Under the pieces are notes generated by a model that was not told the origin of the DNA, did not search any database, and was given only the letters and a program-made list of their open reading frames with translations. Below, piece after piece: positions 8,606 to 18,490 of a DNA stretch of 64,000 nucleotides (the first letter of the stretch is position 1; each line of letters begins with the position of its first letter). The DNA is from Candidatus Peregrinibacteria bacterium (GTDB taxonomy: Bacteria > Patescibacteriota > Gracilibacteria > UBA1369 > JABINC01): assembly GCA_030700255.1 (NCBI GenBank), contig JAUYJN010000029.1, positions 6,589 to 70,588 of the forward strand, given 5' to 3'. Position numbers and translations under genes: made by a program.

Positions 8606-10924
8606 TTATTGTTTTTCAGGCTCACGAGGTGTACGTTCATCATTTGCTTTATCAGTTGTAGATGCTTCAAATTGATCGGAATCATCACTTACATCTTCAT
8701 TTAAGGCACCTTCCAATTCATCTTGATCGATACCATGATTTTCGATCATACCACGGACAGTCGAAGGTATAGCCAAAATACCTTTTACCCCACCTCTTAC
8801 TCCATTTGCGACAGCTTTGAGTGTTCCTTTAGCGAGTTTGAAACCAAAATCAACTCCGGCTGCAACTCGAGGTCCGGTAGTGAGAAAACGTTTCATATAT
8901 GTGGTTTCAGCCCATTTCTTGCGTCTGAAATATCCAATTGTCATAAGTGGAAGTAGTATATAAAATCTAAATTTTTCCGACCAGCTATCTAAGAGTTCCT
9001 CACCTCTATCATGTCGTGTAGTCATGCCTAGATCTGGGTCAAGTTGTGGGTCAAACCAAAGGTCGGCGGCCTCTAGTGGGGCGAAAACTTTCATTAAAAA
9101 TCCATTGCCAACAGTTCCTGCGCCACCGAATATGAGAGTTCCTTTTGTAGAAAAAATATTTGCAGCAGCCCAAAAGCGACTTAGTTCTTCACCAGTATTA
9201 AATGCAGTAACCGCAGTCGCTTCAGTCGAGTCAACCATATTTAAGCCATTTTTCGCTTCCATCATTGCGGTGTAATCGATATAGCCTTTACCAAGTTCAA
9301 GTGGGAAGCCTACCCATGGTGATACATGTCTTGTAGAGTATGCTGCAACTTCATCTAGCGATGCATATTTATCACTCGTAGGTGTGGCTTTGAATTTCCC
9401 CCCAAGATTAGAAACGACCCATGTTTCAACTGCACCACGTATACTATCAGGATCTTTGCCCCAAGTTGCCTCTGCGATAGTTTTTCCATTTGGGCGCTTT
9501 TCAATAGATTCACGATTAGTTTGATACTCAAGAACCATTGTCTTAATAGTATCCGGATTTAGTTCAAGTAGTTCGAGCGTTAATGCTATATCTAGATTTT
9601 TTGCAGGGTCAAAATTACCCCACTCAATACCAGCTTCATAGGCTAATTTTGTATCACTACCATCAGGCAACCATGCGGTAGCTGCGTTGCGAGTCATTAA
9701 AGCTCTATTCCCTAAAATTTGCGTATTAAAATATGAAGCAGCCTCTTCAGGTGTCATATCAATCATTTTACTAAAAAATACTCCTAAACTATCAGGCTCT
9801 TGCTCGCAAAGATTGTATAAAACTTCTTTATATGGACGTATGTGAAGCATTTGCTTCATAAAAGCATTTCTAGTAGATTCACCTAAACCAGCTAGACCTT
9901 TTTCATTCCAATTCACAAGGATTTTTGAAAGTTCTTGCATCGTATCTCCATATAACTCAACTGCGCCACTACTGGCACTGCCGATGCCTTCAAAAATTCG
10001 TCCTATAAGTGGGGTGGGGTTTGCATCTTCCAATTCAGACGTTGTCATATTACCATCGTCATGAAATTTCTGCATTAACTCAAATAATTGTTTTCTAGGG
10101 TCTGTTTCGAGGGTGCCAAGTCTAAGGCCATCCAAATGTAAATCTTTAGCGGCTTTTTGATGATTTTTCTGAGCAAAGCCAAAATCAATATTTCGTATGC
10201 CTTGTTCAAGGTATTCTAGGGCTTTTACATACTTATTATACGCCTCTTTGTTTTCTGACGAGGAGTCGCTTGACACATATCCGTCACGAACACGTATCAC
10301 CATGTCAGCTAAAAGCTGTGAAAGTAGACCGGCATCCGACTCCATTACACTACCAGGCTTTTCAAATTCACTCATATCCCATTCTGGAGTATCTGGACCT
10401 AAAATCCACGTTGCATGACTTACGTCATAAAACCTCTCAAGCGCAGCTATTTGTTGGGCTGAATTAGGGGAATGGGCAATAGTCGCAATTAAATAAGCAG
10501 ATAAAGCCTGTAATGCTTCTTTTGTAACGCCAGGATTTTTAATATCGCTTCTAAATTTACCATTTCTAAATAAGTTTTCTATGTAAATTTCCGCCCAAAT
10601 TTGTAATAACTCTTCTTCTTTTGGAGTTATGACACCATCATCAGTTTTTAAGGCTTCTAAGCATGATCCTATTTTCTCAAATTCATCAAATGGACTAATG
10701 GAAAAAGCCTTTTCACCAATAGTTCTACGGATATCTTCTGTCACAGGTCCGGTTACATGATTATGTACGCCATCCGGATCTGTCAAACCACATTCACCTT
10801 TCATTCTAGCATCTGTATCAGAATATTCTTTGTCAGACATACCCCATACTGTTGCCCCAAGGCCAAGCATACCAGCTGCTAATAATGCTAATTTGCCACC
10901 GGATTGTGTAAGTTTCTTTGCCAT
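8606..10924 (-). CDS. large membrane-anchored protein of unknown function (772 aa); paralog of the N-terminal part of the 2069-aa protein
   Basis: N-terminal TM/signal anchor KLALLAAGMLGLGATVW; C-terminal hydrophobic FRFYILLPLMTIGYF; shared module with 11972..18181. Confidence 0.75.
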   Translation of the reverse strand: MAKKLTQSGGKLALLAAGMLGLGATVWGMSDKEYSDTDARMKGECGLTDPDGVHNHVTGPVTEDIRRTIGEKAFSISPFDEFEKIGSCLEALKTDDGVITPKEEELLQIWAEIYIENLFRNGKFRSDIKNPGVTKEALQALSAYLIATIAHSPNSAQQIAALERFYDVSHATWILGPDTPEWDMSEFEKPGSVMESDAGLLSQLLADMVIRVRDGYVSSDSSSENKEAYNKYVKALEYLEQGIRNIDFGFAQKNHQKAAKDLHLDGLRLGTLETDPRKQLFELMQKFHDDGNMTTSELEDANPTPLIGRIFEGIGSASSGAVELYGDTMQELSKILVNWNEKGLAGLGESTRNAFMKQMLHIRPYKEVLYNLCEQEPDSLGVFFSKMIDMTPEEAASYFNTQILGNRALMTRNAATAWLPDGSDTKLAYEAGIEWGNFDPAKNLDIALTLELLELNPDTIKTMVLEYQTNRESIEKRPNGKTIAEATWGKDPDSIRGAVETWVVSNLGGKFKATPTSDKYASLDEVAAYSTRHVSPWVGFPLELGKGYIDYTAMMEAKNGLNMVDSTEATAVTAFNTGEELSRFWAAANIFSTKGTLIFGGAGTVGNGFLMKVFAPLEAADLWFDPQLDPDLGMTTRHDRGEELLDSWSEKFRFYILLPLMTIGYFRRKKWAETTYMKRFLTTGPRVAAGVDFGFKLAKGTLKAVANGVRGGVKGILAIPSTVRGMIENHGIDQDELEGALNEDVSDDSDQFEASTTDKANDERTPREPEKQ

Positions 10925-10948
10925 AAATCCTATTTTATCGAGTACCTC

Positions 10949-10976
10949 ATATTAACTAAAAAAGACAAACTGTCAA
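10949..10976 (-). promoter_or_regulatory. candidate promoter for the 772-aa gene
   Basis: On the minus strand: TTGACA (10976-10971), 16-nt spacer, TAATAT (10954-10949); AGGA lies about 5 nt before the ATG. Confidence 0.5.
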
Positions 10977-11093
10977 GTCCTGATGAAGCAGCTACGGGTA
11001 ACTCGCCTTGAGAAATGGACGCTTATAATACAATTGTTCGAAGTGCCAGTCAAGGCTAAATGAATGAAGGTTAACTAAAAATATAGTAAAATT

Positions 11094-11113
11094 AACAGAT
11101 TTATTAATCTGTT
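11094..11113 (+). promoter_or_regulatory. perfect 7-6-7 inverted repeat immediately upstream of the start codon at 11120
   Basis: aacagat ttatta atctgtt, ending 6 nt before the ATG; possible operator or leader hairpin. Confidence 0.35.
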
Positions 11114-11119
11114 GAAAAT

Positions 11120-11947
11120 ATGAGTGAGACAATAGGAGAAGCAATAGGGGATTTCAAAGGCGCAAAAGATCGGGGTATATTCGGTGGGCTTTCATCTGTC
11201 TTAACTGTTTTGACACCAGATCATTGGAAGGGTGCTGCTAGTGGTGTAGCTGATGTCGCTTATAGAACTCCAAAAGCATTGGCATACAGTGGAGCGTATA
11301 AATCGATGAAAGATGAATTTTTCGCACCGGGGCCCAATTATAATGGTGTAATAGATGCAACTAGAGCGGAATTAGCTAATTTCCTCCCGGAAACATGGGG
11401 TGATGTGAAGTCGATTTTTGATACTGAGATTGTGAAAGATATTTTGAAGCCTTTTACTTACGGTGCAGGGCATGCATATTACAAAGTTTTACTTCCATTA
11501 CTTTCTACATTGAGGCATCCAGTACAGCTTACAGGGTACATTAGTGTCGTTGGAGGCCTTATCGGTATGATCCCAGCAATTGCTACTGGGACACTTTCAA
11601 TGGTGACACATTTGATACCTGATTTAATCAGCTTCCCACTTCATGCATTTGGGTCAATAAACAAAACTATTTCAGGGATATTAAGGCGTGGATTTGCAAT
11701 TGCAGAAAGCGTCGGGGCAAATATACCTATTTTTGGTAAGTTGAACAAAGCTACTACTGGTACATTTAGGCGCTTTTTTGCCGCTGCGGAAGCTATGAGT
11801 GAACAAGTGCTAGTTGGAAGTGACTTGGCGGAACGCGGTTTAAATAAAATGTTTGTACCAAGAGGATGGAGGGAGGGTAAGAGATCGGAACATCCATATA
11901 TTGCCAAATGGGGTCAAGGTATAGGTGGCGCATTGGCAACAAGTTAA
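11120..11947 (+). CDS. hypothetical membrane protein (275 aa), first gene of the plus-strand giant-gene operon
   Basis: Hydrophobic segments such as ISVVGGLIGMIPAIATGTLSMVTHLIPDLISF; 24-nt gap to the next gene. Confidence 0.65.
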   Translation: MSETIGEAIGDFKGAKDRGIFGGLSSVLTVLTPDHWKGAASGVADVAYRTPKALAYSGAYKSMKDEFFAPGPNYNGVIDATRAELANFLPETWGDVKSIFDTEIVKDILKPFTYGAGHAYYKVLLPLLSTLRHPVQLTGYISVVGGLIGMIPAIATGTLSMVTHLIPDLISFPLHAFGSINKTISGILRRGFAIAESVGANIPIFGKLNKATTGTFRRFFAAAEAMSEQVLVGSDLAERGLNKMFVPRGWREGKRSEHPYIAKWGQGIGGALATS

Positions 11948-11971
11948 ACATATATAATATAACTATGTCGA

Positions 11972-14900
11972 ATGGGAAATGAGTTCACACCAAGTTGGAG
12001 AGATGCAAGGTCAATCGGAGAGGCTTTCGTAGGTTCGGGTGTGGATTTCATGAAAGAGGCAATTGCTAAAAAGGCATTTAAACCGTTAGAAATCCTTGAA
12101 GCTTGTCGTGAGTATGGTCCAGAGTTAGCTAGGGACTCATTAACTGATATGGAAAATGAGCTTTATGAACGTGGATTGATATCTATCATAAAAGGAGTAG
12201 CTATGTTGACCGGCTCAAACCCGGATGCAGATGAGAGTGGCGATGTTAATATGGAGGAAGCAAGAAAATTTATACGTGAAATGCGAATGATAAATGGAGA
12301 GATTGCGAATGCGCTTATTTCTGGTGTACGTGCGGATATAATTCGAACGGCAGCGGTGGTTACTAGTAGAAAACAATTTGAAGGGCGTTTTAGAAAATTA
12401 TCAGATGGGGAATCTACAAGCAGTGAGGATGAAAAAGAATTTGAAGATTTCATACATACAAATATTGTTGATATTTCCTTGCCACCCATGAAAAGAGAAG
12501 ATTTTTTAACAGATGAAAAATTCGAAGAGTATGAGAAGGCACGTGTATATATGGAAGCATTTGGAAACTACGCAGTGGATGTTCTCAAGGATTATAGTAA
12601 ACAAAAAGTTACGCTCAAGGATGGTACGAAAACTACAAAGGCTAAGCTTGTGATTAGAGCTTTGGGCAATATGTACGAAGTTACGGAGGGTTGGTTAGGC
12701 CCAGATTTGGGTGAGTTGCATAGAGATGAAGTGACTGAGGAATCCGATCCTGTTATTTTAGCGGAATTCAGCGCTGACATAGCTATTTCTATAACTAAAT
12801 CTGTTAAATCAAAAGAAGGAGCAACTGTTGATGATTTATCTGCAGTTTTTGAAGGGATTCAAAGTGCGTTCATCATTTCGGGATTTGGCATTGGGAATAA
12901 ACCTACTATGTTAAATAGTATAAATGAAATCTTTACACTTGTAACAGCTAATGGTGTAGAGGGTATAGATTTATATGGGAAGGGGAGGAATGCAATTGGA
13001 TTATTGGCTGCTCAAGCAAATGATGAGTTATTAGATTTGGCTGATCACGAAGAACAGGGAGTACTTGGTAAAATGTTCGATGGAGTTGCTATGGTTGCAG
13101 GCTTAACAAAATATTTAATTTTCGATATAGGAATAGGAACTTTATTTAAGGTTGCTGGTGTCCTTGCTAGAGGGGATGGGCTAGAAGGACTTGTTAAAGA
13201 ATTAGGGCAGCCGGTAGTAGATAAAATAAAGCGTTTCTTCGCAAAAGGTTTGTTACTTTCACATTCAACGGATGAAGTTTTGGATGGTCTTGCTGAAAAT
13301 GATTATAGAATTAAGGGTTTTGTTAGCAGGATGTTAACTATGGCTCCCAAACAAGCCGGTAGTGAATTTGATGAAATGTTAAAAGATGAAAGTATAATAA
13401 GTAAAAATGTTTCAGATGTATGGCTCACAGATGGTGGAGTGTTGTCATTAGTGATTAGTGCAGCCAACTTAAAGTCAGATAAAGATTTAAAAGAAATATT
13501 TACAATAGGATTTACATTTTGGGTGCTCGATCTCAAGGGTGAAGATATAACAGAATTAGTCACAGAATATCAAAAAAACCCTTCAGCCTACAATAGGCCT
13601 TTGAATGGTAAGAACCTTGCTCAATCAATGTGGGAAGCGGAGAGTAAATGGGAGTCTAAAGATGGGAGTGACAAAAGTGCATCGTGGGAATCTGATGTAA
13701 GGAATAATGCTACCAGTTTCATGACTGAAAAAGTTGACGAAGAAATGCCATATAGAACAATGTGGCAGACTTTGAAACAAGGTTCTTATGAGTCATTGAT
13801 ATTAGCTCCTTTGCTTATGCAAGGTATACTTGGTGGTGGTAGGGAGGGGCTTAGGGGTTTCGCACGCAACTCATCAGGTCTACTGGTTGCTTTAGATTTG
13901 GTAACTGATCTTAGGAAATATTACTATGACCATATAGAAAGAGAAAAGCTAAAAAACCCTAATTCTGGAGCTGGTCTTTGGGATAGAACGGGTGGCTTCT
14001 TAGTGGAAGAGGGGCCTGAGATTTTGCAAAATAGAGGTCAAGAGTTAATTCACCAATTATGGACTATGCATTTGATAGGTAAAGGTTTACCAGAAAGCAA
14101 ATTTATAGATTTTTTAAAAAAACTTGGCTTTAAAGCTTTAAAGCCTGGAAAATGGATTATAAATAAATTACCACTTAGTACGGGTAAAGCGGTTACTACA
14201 GGGGTCGAATGGGGTGGGGCTAAGATTGCCGGTTTAACAGTAAAGCTGGCTGGCCCAGCTTCAATTTTCTTCGGTGTTAGAATTATTTGGAGAGATGCCA
14301 TATTAGATTTGGAATATGATCCGGTAACAGGGAAATGGGAACCAAGTGGGGAAATCAATCTAACTGGTAGAGGGGCTGCGGCAATAGCAGGGCTTCTTCA
14401 AATCGCATTTGGATGGGGTATGTGTGCAGATTGGGTTGCCTCTAAAGCTGATAGTCATGGTGTGGATTGGGCAGGTAAAGATTCTAAGTTTTATAGAGTT
14501 TCAAAATATCCAAGTAGCAAGTTAGCCATAAAAACACCTGAGAAGGCTGCAGATAAGGCATATAAATCAAGAGGACTTGGAAGGACGAGCTTTGTATTAA
14601 ATGAAGCTAGTGGCGTATTTCTAGGTGAAACTAGTGGTTTTGAAGGGTCTCCTGTGGCAAGGGCGGATAAAATAGATTCTGTAATTATACAGCCAAAGGA
14701 TGGTAATCCAAAGGCAAAATCAGGGAGAGTTATAATCATAGAAGAGGTGACGGTAATGGATGGAGATGGGAGTATAACTGGTAGAGGAGCTAGAGCGGGG
14801 ATAGAGGCTGAACATATAATAATAAGTGACGTAAAAGAGCCTCAGCCAAATTTTATTGACAGAAAAATTCTTGGTCGAAAAAAAGTTACAACATGGGGGG

Positions 14901-17900
14901 TGACGACTACCCATAAATTGGTTCTTTCAGATGGAAGGGTCGTTGATTGTAGCAATATTAATGGACTGGGAACTACAACTGAAGTTGTATATAGCAATCC
15001 CATGGAAGAGGCTGAAAAGTTAAAAAAAGAGATTGCTGAGAGAAAGTTGGAGATAAGTGCTAAAGCTAAAAAAGCTGAGGATGGAAAGTCAAGTGGTACG
15101 GTAGAAGAAAAAAAACCATTAGAAACTAAGGAGTTTAAGAGTCAGTATAGGGAGCAGAAACTAACATACAGCTCAGCCTCTTCAAGGGGTAAAACAACGG
15201 AAACTTTTAAACTAATTGATAAAATAGGAAGCAATACGAATACAAGAATTGTAGAGGTCATAACTGATACTACAAAAACACCAACTGAATATACATTGAA
15301 GTATACTGATCAAAGTGGCAATGTATCCAGAAGGGTTTACAATACAGAGTTACCACCTGCTATTAATAACTCGATAGATAATTTTGAGGTAAGTCGTAAG
15401 GGTGTTTTAGAGATTAATTCTACCTTAGATGCATTGGAAGTGGGTGGATTAAAAGCTGATCATCCAGTAACAAGGTTTTTAGAATTAGATACTCAGGTGA
15501 GTACGGAACTATCTTCTCCTCCTAGAGGTGGAAGGGGCGGTGGCACTAGAGGCGGAGGCGGAGGCGGAGGCGGTATGCCACGTAGCTCATTGGATCCGAT
15601 TGCAGATATAGGTGGATTGACGCCACCACGACGCACGGGAATCCCAATTGGACGTATATCAGTTGGAATGAATAGTGTCGGTGTTTTAGAATCACCAATG
15701 GCTTTTTTCGACTCTCCAAGTGAGATTTTCAAACAAGATATGGAATTGGCGAAGAGATTTATAAGGAAAGTATATGGAGAAATAGTGGATGCATCTGGAA
15801 TTGAAAGATTGATGCAACATTTAGAAAAAAACAAAGGTCCGGTACTGAGTGCATACGCAAAAGAATTTGAGGCCGTAAAGGCTTTGGATTGGGCGGAAGC
15901 TAAGACACGCCTTCGGGCAGCGCAGCTGAGTATGCGAATGGAGACGATATTTAGTATTTTGATGGTTGTAGGGATCATGGTTTCGGCATACGAGGCTAAG
16001 CAATTTAAAAAAAATGCTGCAAGTGATACTGGATTTGAATTCGCAATGGTTATGGCTGGGGCTCTGCCGTCTGGTTTGGGAGGTGCAATGTTAGGAGCTA
16101 GAGCTTTTGCGGGTTTTGGACCTGTTGGTTCAGTTGTTGGAGCCCTTGCCTTTGGTTTTGCCGGTGCATGGCTTGGTGGCGATATGGCGCATAACGCAGC
16201 ATTAACTATGGAACAGCAATTTCCTTACCTTGCACGTGATTTAGGTAAAATATCACAAGTGTTTTTACAAGGGGGTGGGTTGGCAAATCTAGTGATTGAT
16301 GGTATCAAAAAAACAGATGGCACATATGGTTCATTCATAGCTGGTGAAACAGTTGGTTTCGGAGAGAGCAGTCGAACTATAAGTGATGTGACCGGTGGCA
16401 GGGTGCCTTTAGATTGGCATTTGCCGGATTTATCTAAATTAGAGGTTAGTTCTATTCATGTGAATGATGCACCATGGTGGGATAAAAACGATGAATATGG
16501 ATATTATCGAAGGTTAAAGGATTCTGAATTACCAGCAGCTCTAAGAGAAATGTATTCGGCAAAAGCTGACGCAATGAGGCATCCTAGTGATTCTTTTCAT
16601 AAAAAGTATGAAAAGAAAAAAGCTATATATGATATAAAAAAGGCTGAATTTGACACTCTGGAGAAGGCCATAGTAGAAATCGAAGCTGGGATTGACCCTA
16701 CAGAGACAGTCTTTGCAAGGAAATATCTTGAGAGAGAGGCGGTTCTTGCGCAGGGCAGGGAGGTTTTGCAAGATTTCACCAGAGCAAACTTGCGAGCATG
16801 TGAATTTCCTGAACGCGTTGTTGATACAGCAGGTTTAGCATTAGATAGGTTGCCAGAAGGTCCTGAAGGTTGGATGTTAGCTGGTGGAATAAAGAGGGAG
16901 ATTAATTTAATTCATGCAATTGAAGATGAGCTTGTTGACAATAGAGATTATTTTAAATTTGGAGCATTGAAGGAGACTTTGGCTGACGTATATGACGATT
17001 TGGAATCATTTTATGATAAGTATAATAATGTAGCTGATAGGGTTGCGAGTGATTTAGAGGGGGATATAGATAGGCTACGAGAAGCCAACTATGATGCATG
17101 GGATAATCTTGTAGATGTACGTCGTAATGGGGGAGGGAGAGGGTACTTTGATCAGAGATCTGCGTTAAAAGATGCGGAAAAGGCCTATGAAGAATCGGGC
17201 GAGTTACTTGAAAAAGCGAATAAGAATTTAAAAGATGTTTACAATCCTAACTCTGAATATGCAAAAAATCATGAGGAGCTCGGTGAAATGGCTATTGCTA
17301 TAGTAGAGCTAGAAAAACAAATTGATGATGAGCAGAAAGCTACGGTAACTTCCGTTGCAGAAATGAGGGCTAAGTTCAATAAAGCTAAATCTTTGTATGG
17401 TACTTCAGATAAAGGTGAAATACTAAATAATACTGATGACTTATATAAGGAGGCCTTGGTGCGAACTGCTCATACTTATATGCAACAACCGGAACTAAGA
17501 CCTGACAAAATAACATTTACTGAAACGGAAGCAAGGATGCTTATGAGGCTTGAAGATGCTGAAATGGTTGAGGCGAAATATTTCGAAGCGAACCGTGATT
17601 TATGTTTGCTTACGGCGCCATATATTACTAAAGATGAATTCTGGTTTGGATTAAATGACAAAGAAGCTTATAGGGATTCAATTGAGTTACATGCGTTGAA
17701 TACATTTGAAGATAAAGGAACTTTTGACCCAAAGCCAGGATATCAAGCGGAGGATTCATTTATCTATGGTCATAGATCGGGGATAGATGATTATGAAACA
17801 GATGATCTTAAAGTGACTGAGAGAGCTGGTTATAAAATCTTGGATGAAATGACAAAAAATATTCCTGGAGAAGAAAATAGAAAACAAGCGAAGAGGGCGT

Positions 17901-18181
17901 TTTTTGATCAGATTATACTTGCGGAGAGGATTTTCTATGAATCATCTTTATATACTCGATTCGGTGTATTCAAGAATCCTACTCAGTGGCAAGATATTAA
18001 AATTGAACAAGGTAGGCAAGACGATAACGTGGAGCCACCTCAAGATAGGATGTCTACTGCACTTACTGCATTAAATGAGAAATATCAAGAAGTTAAGGAT
18101 GATCCAAGTTGGTTAAATAAAGATGGAGTATTTGATTATGATAGATTGATAGATGAATTTGAGATGACTGATTTTGGTTAA
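11972..18181 (+). CDS. giant protein of unknown function (2069 aa) with several hydrophobic segments, an RGG/poly-Gly tract, a glycine-zipper TM pair and a long helical C-terminus
   Basis: Uninterrupted 6.2-kb ORF; no catalytic motif recognised. Confidence 0.85.
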   Translation: MGNEFTPSWRDARSIGEAFVGSGVDFMKEAIAKKAFKPLEILEACREYGPELARDSLTDMENELYERGLISIIKGVAMLTGSNPDADESGDVNMEEARKFIREMRMINGEIANALISGVRADIIRTAAVVTSRKQFEGRFRKLSDGESTSSEDEKEFEDFIHTNIVDISLPPMKREDFLTDEKFEEYEKARVYMEAFGNYAVDVLKDYSKQKVTLKDGTKTTKAKLVIRALGNMYEVTEGWLGPDLGELHRDEVTEESDPVILAEFSADIAISITKSVKSKEGATVDDLSAVFEGIQSAFIISGFGIGNKPTMLNSINEIFTLVTANGVEGIDLYGKGRNAIGLLAAQANDELLDLADHEEQGVLGKMFDGVAMVAGLTKYLIFDIGIGTLFKVAGVLARGDGLEGLVKELGQPVVDKIKRFFAKGLLLSHSTDEVLDGLAENDYRIKGFVSRMLTMAPKQAGSEFDEMLKDESIISKNVSDVWLTDGGVLSLVISAANLKSDKDLKEIFTIGFTFWVLDLKGEDITELVTEYQKNPSAYNRPLNGKNLAQSMWEAESKWESKDGSDKSASWESDVRNNATSFMTEKVDEEMPYRTMWQTLKQGSYESLILAPLLMQGILGGGREGLRGFARNSSGLLVALDLVTDLRKYYYDHIEREKLKNPNSGAGLWDRTGGFLVEEGPEILQNRGQELIHQLWTMHLIGKGLPESKFIDFLKKLGFKALKPGKWIINKLPLSTGKAVTTGVEWGGAKIAGLTVKLAGPASIFFGVRIIWRDAILDLEYDPVTGKWEPSGEINLTGRGAAAIAGLLQIAFGWGMCADWVASKADSHGVDWAGKDSKFYRVSKYPSSKLAIKTPEKAADKAYKSRGLGRTSFVLNEASGVFLGETSGFEGSPVARADKIDSVIIQPKDGNPKAKSGRVIIIEEVTVMDGDGSITGRGARAGIEAEHIIISDVKEPQPNFIDRKILGRKKVTTWGVTTTHKLVLSDGRVVDCSNINGLGTTTEVVYSNPMEEAEKLKKEIAERKLEISAKAKKAEDGKSSGTVEEKKPLETKEFKSQYREQKLTYSSASSRGKTTETFKLIDKIGSNTNTRIVEVITDTTKTPTEYTLKYTDQSGNVSRRVYNTELPPAINNSIDNFEVSRKGVLEINSTLDALEVGGLKADHPVTRFLELDTQVSTELSSPPRGGRGGGTRGGGGGGGGMPRSSLDPIADIGGLTPPRRTGIPIGRISVGMNSVGVLESPMAFFDSPSEIFKQDMELAKRFIRKVYGEIVDASGIERLMQHLEKNKGPVLSAYAKEFEAVKALDWAEAKTRLRAAQLSMRMETIFSILMVVGIMVSAYEAKQFKKNAASDTGFEFAMVMAGALPSGLGGAMLGARAFAGFGPVGSVVGALAFGFAGAWLGGDMAHNAALTMEQQFPYLARDLGKISQVFLQGGGLANLVIDGIKKTDGTYGSFIAGETVGFGESSRTISDVTGGRVPLDWHLPDLSKLEVSSIHVNDAPWWDKNDEYGYYRRLKDSELPAALREMYSAKADAMRHPSDSFHKKYEKKKAIYDIKKAEFDTLEKAIVEIEAGIDPTETVFARKYLEREAVLAQGREVLQDFTRANLRACEFPERVVDTAGLALDRLPEGPEGWMLAGGIKREINLIHAIEDELVDNRDYFKFGALKETLADVYDDLESFYDKYNNVADRVASDLEGDIDRLREANYDAWDNLVDVRRNGGGRGYFDQRSALKDAEKAYEESGELLEKANKNLKDVYNPNSEYAKNHEELGEMAIAIVELEKQIDDEQKATVTSVAEMRAKFNKAKSLYGTSDKGEILNNTDDLYKEALVRTAHTYMQQPELRPDKITFTETEARMLMRLEDAEMVEAKYFEANRDLCLLTAPYITKDEFWFGLNDKEAYRDSIELHALNTFEDKGTFDPKPGYQAEDSFIYGHRSGIDDYETDDLKVTERAGYKILDEMTKNIPGEENRKQAKRAFFDQIILAERIFYESSLYTRFGVFKNPTQWQDIKIEQGRQDDNVEPPQDRMSTALTALNEKYQEVKDDPSWLNKDGVFDYDRLIDEFEMTDFG
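15524..15574 (+). repeat. GGC/GGA-type simple repeat encoding RGGRGGGTRGGGGGGGG
   Basis: aga ggt gga agg ggc ggt ggc act aga (ggc gga)x3 ggc ggt; a GC-rich island in AT-rich coding sequence. Confidence 0.9.
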
Positions 18182-18218
18182 CAGAGATAGAAACATATAA
18201 ATATTAAATAAAAAATAA

Positions 18219-18479
18219 ATGAACGATCTACAAAACATCAATAAGGAATTTACACGGCTATTAAGTACTTCTGTAATGAGTGCTGACGATAAAGAAAGTA
18301 TCCTCAAGAAGATGGAGGGTAACGCTATGGATCAGGAAGAATTTGCAAATTTGTATCTGTATTTAGTGTCAGAGGAGGAGGTGAGAAAAGCTAATTTACC
18401 TAATGCCATGATTAAATTAGGTCATTTGCAAGGGAAAATGATCGCATCAGAGGTAAAGCAATTTAGAAATAGAAATTAA
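18219..18479 (+). CDS. small helical hypothetical protein (86 aa)
   Basis: ORF packed between the 2069-aa gene (37-nt gap) and the SLT gene (11-nt gap). Confidence 0.5.
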   Translation: MNDLQNINKEFTRLLSTSVMSADDKESILKKMEGNAMDQEEFANLYLYLVSEEEVRKANLPNAMIKLGHLQGKMIASEVKQFRNRN

Positions 18480-18490
18480 GAATAATATAA

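Noticed and set aside
15493-15978. A 161-aa minus-strand ORF containing a PPPPPPPP run
   Set aside because: It is the antisense mirror of the poly-Gly tract inside the 2069-aa gene. It is wholly embedded in a much longer, well-supported ORF.
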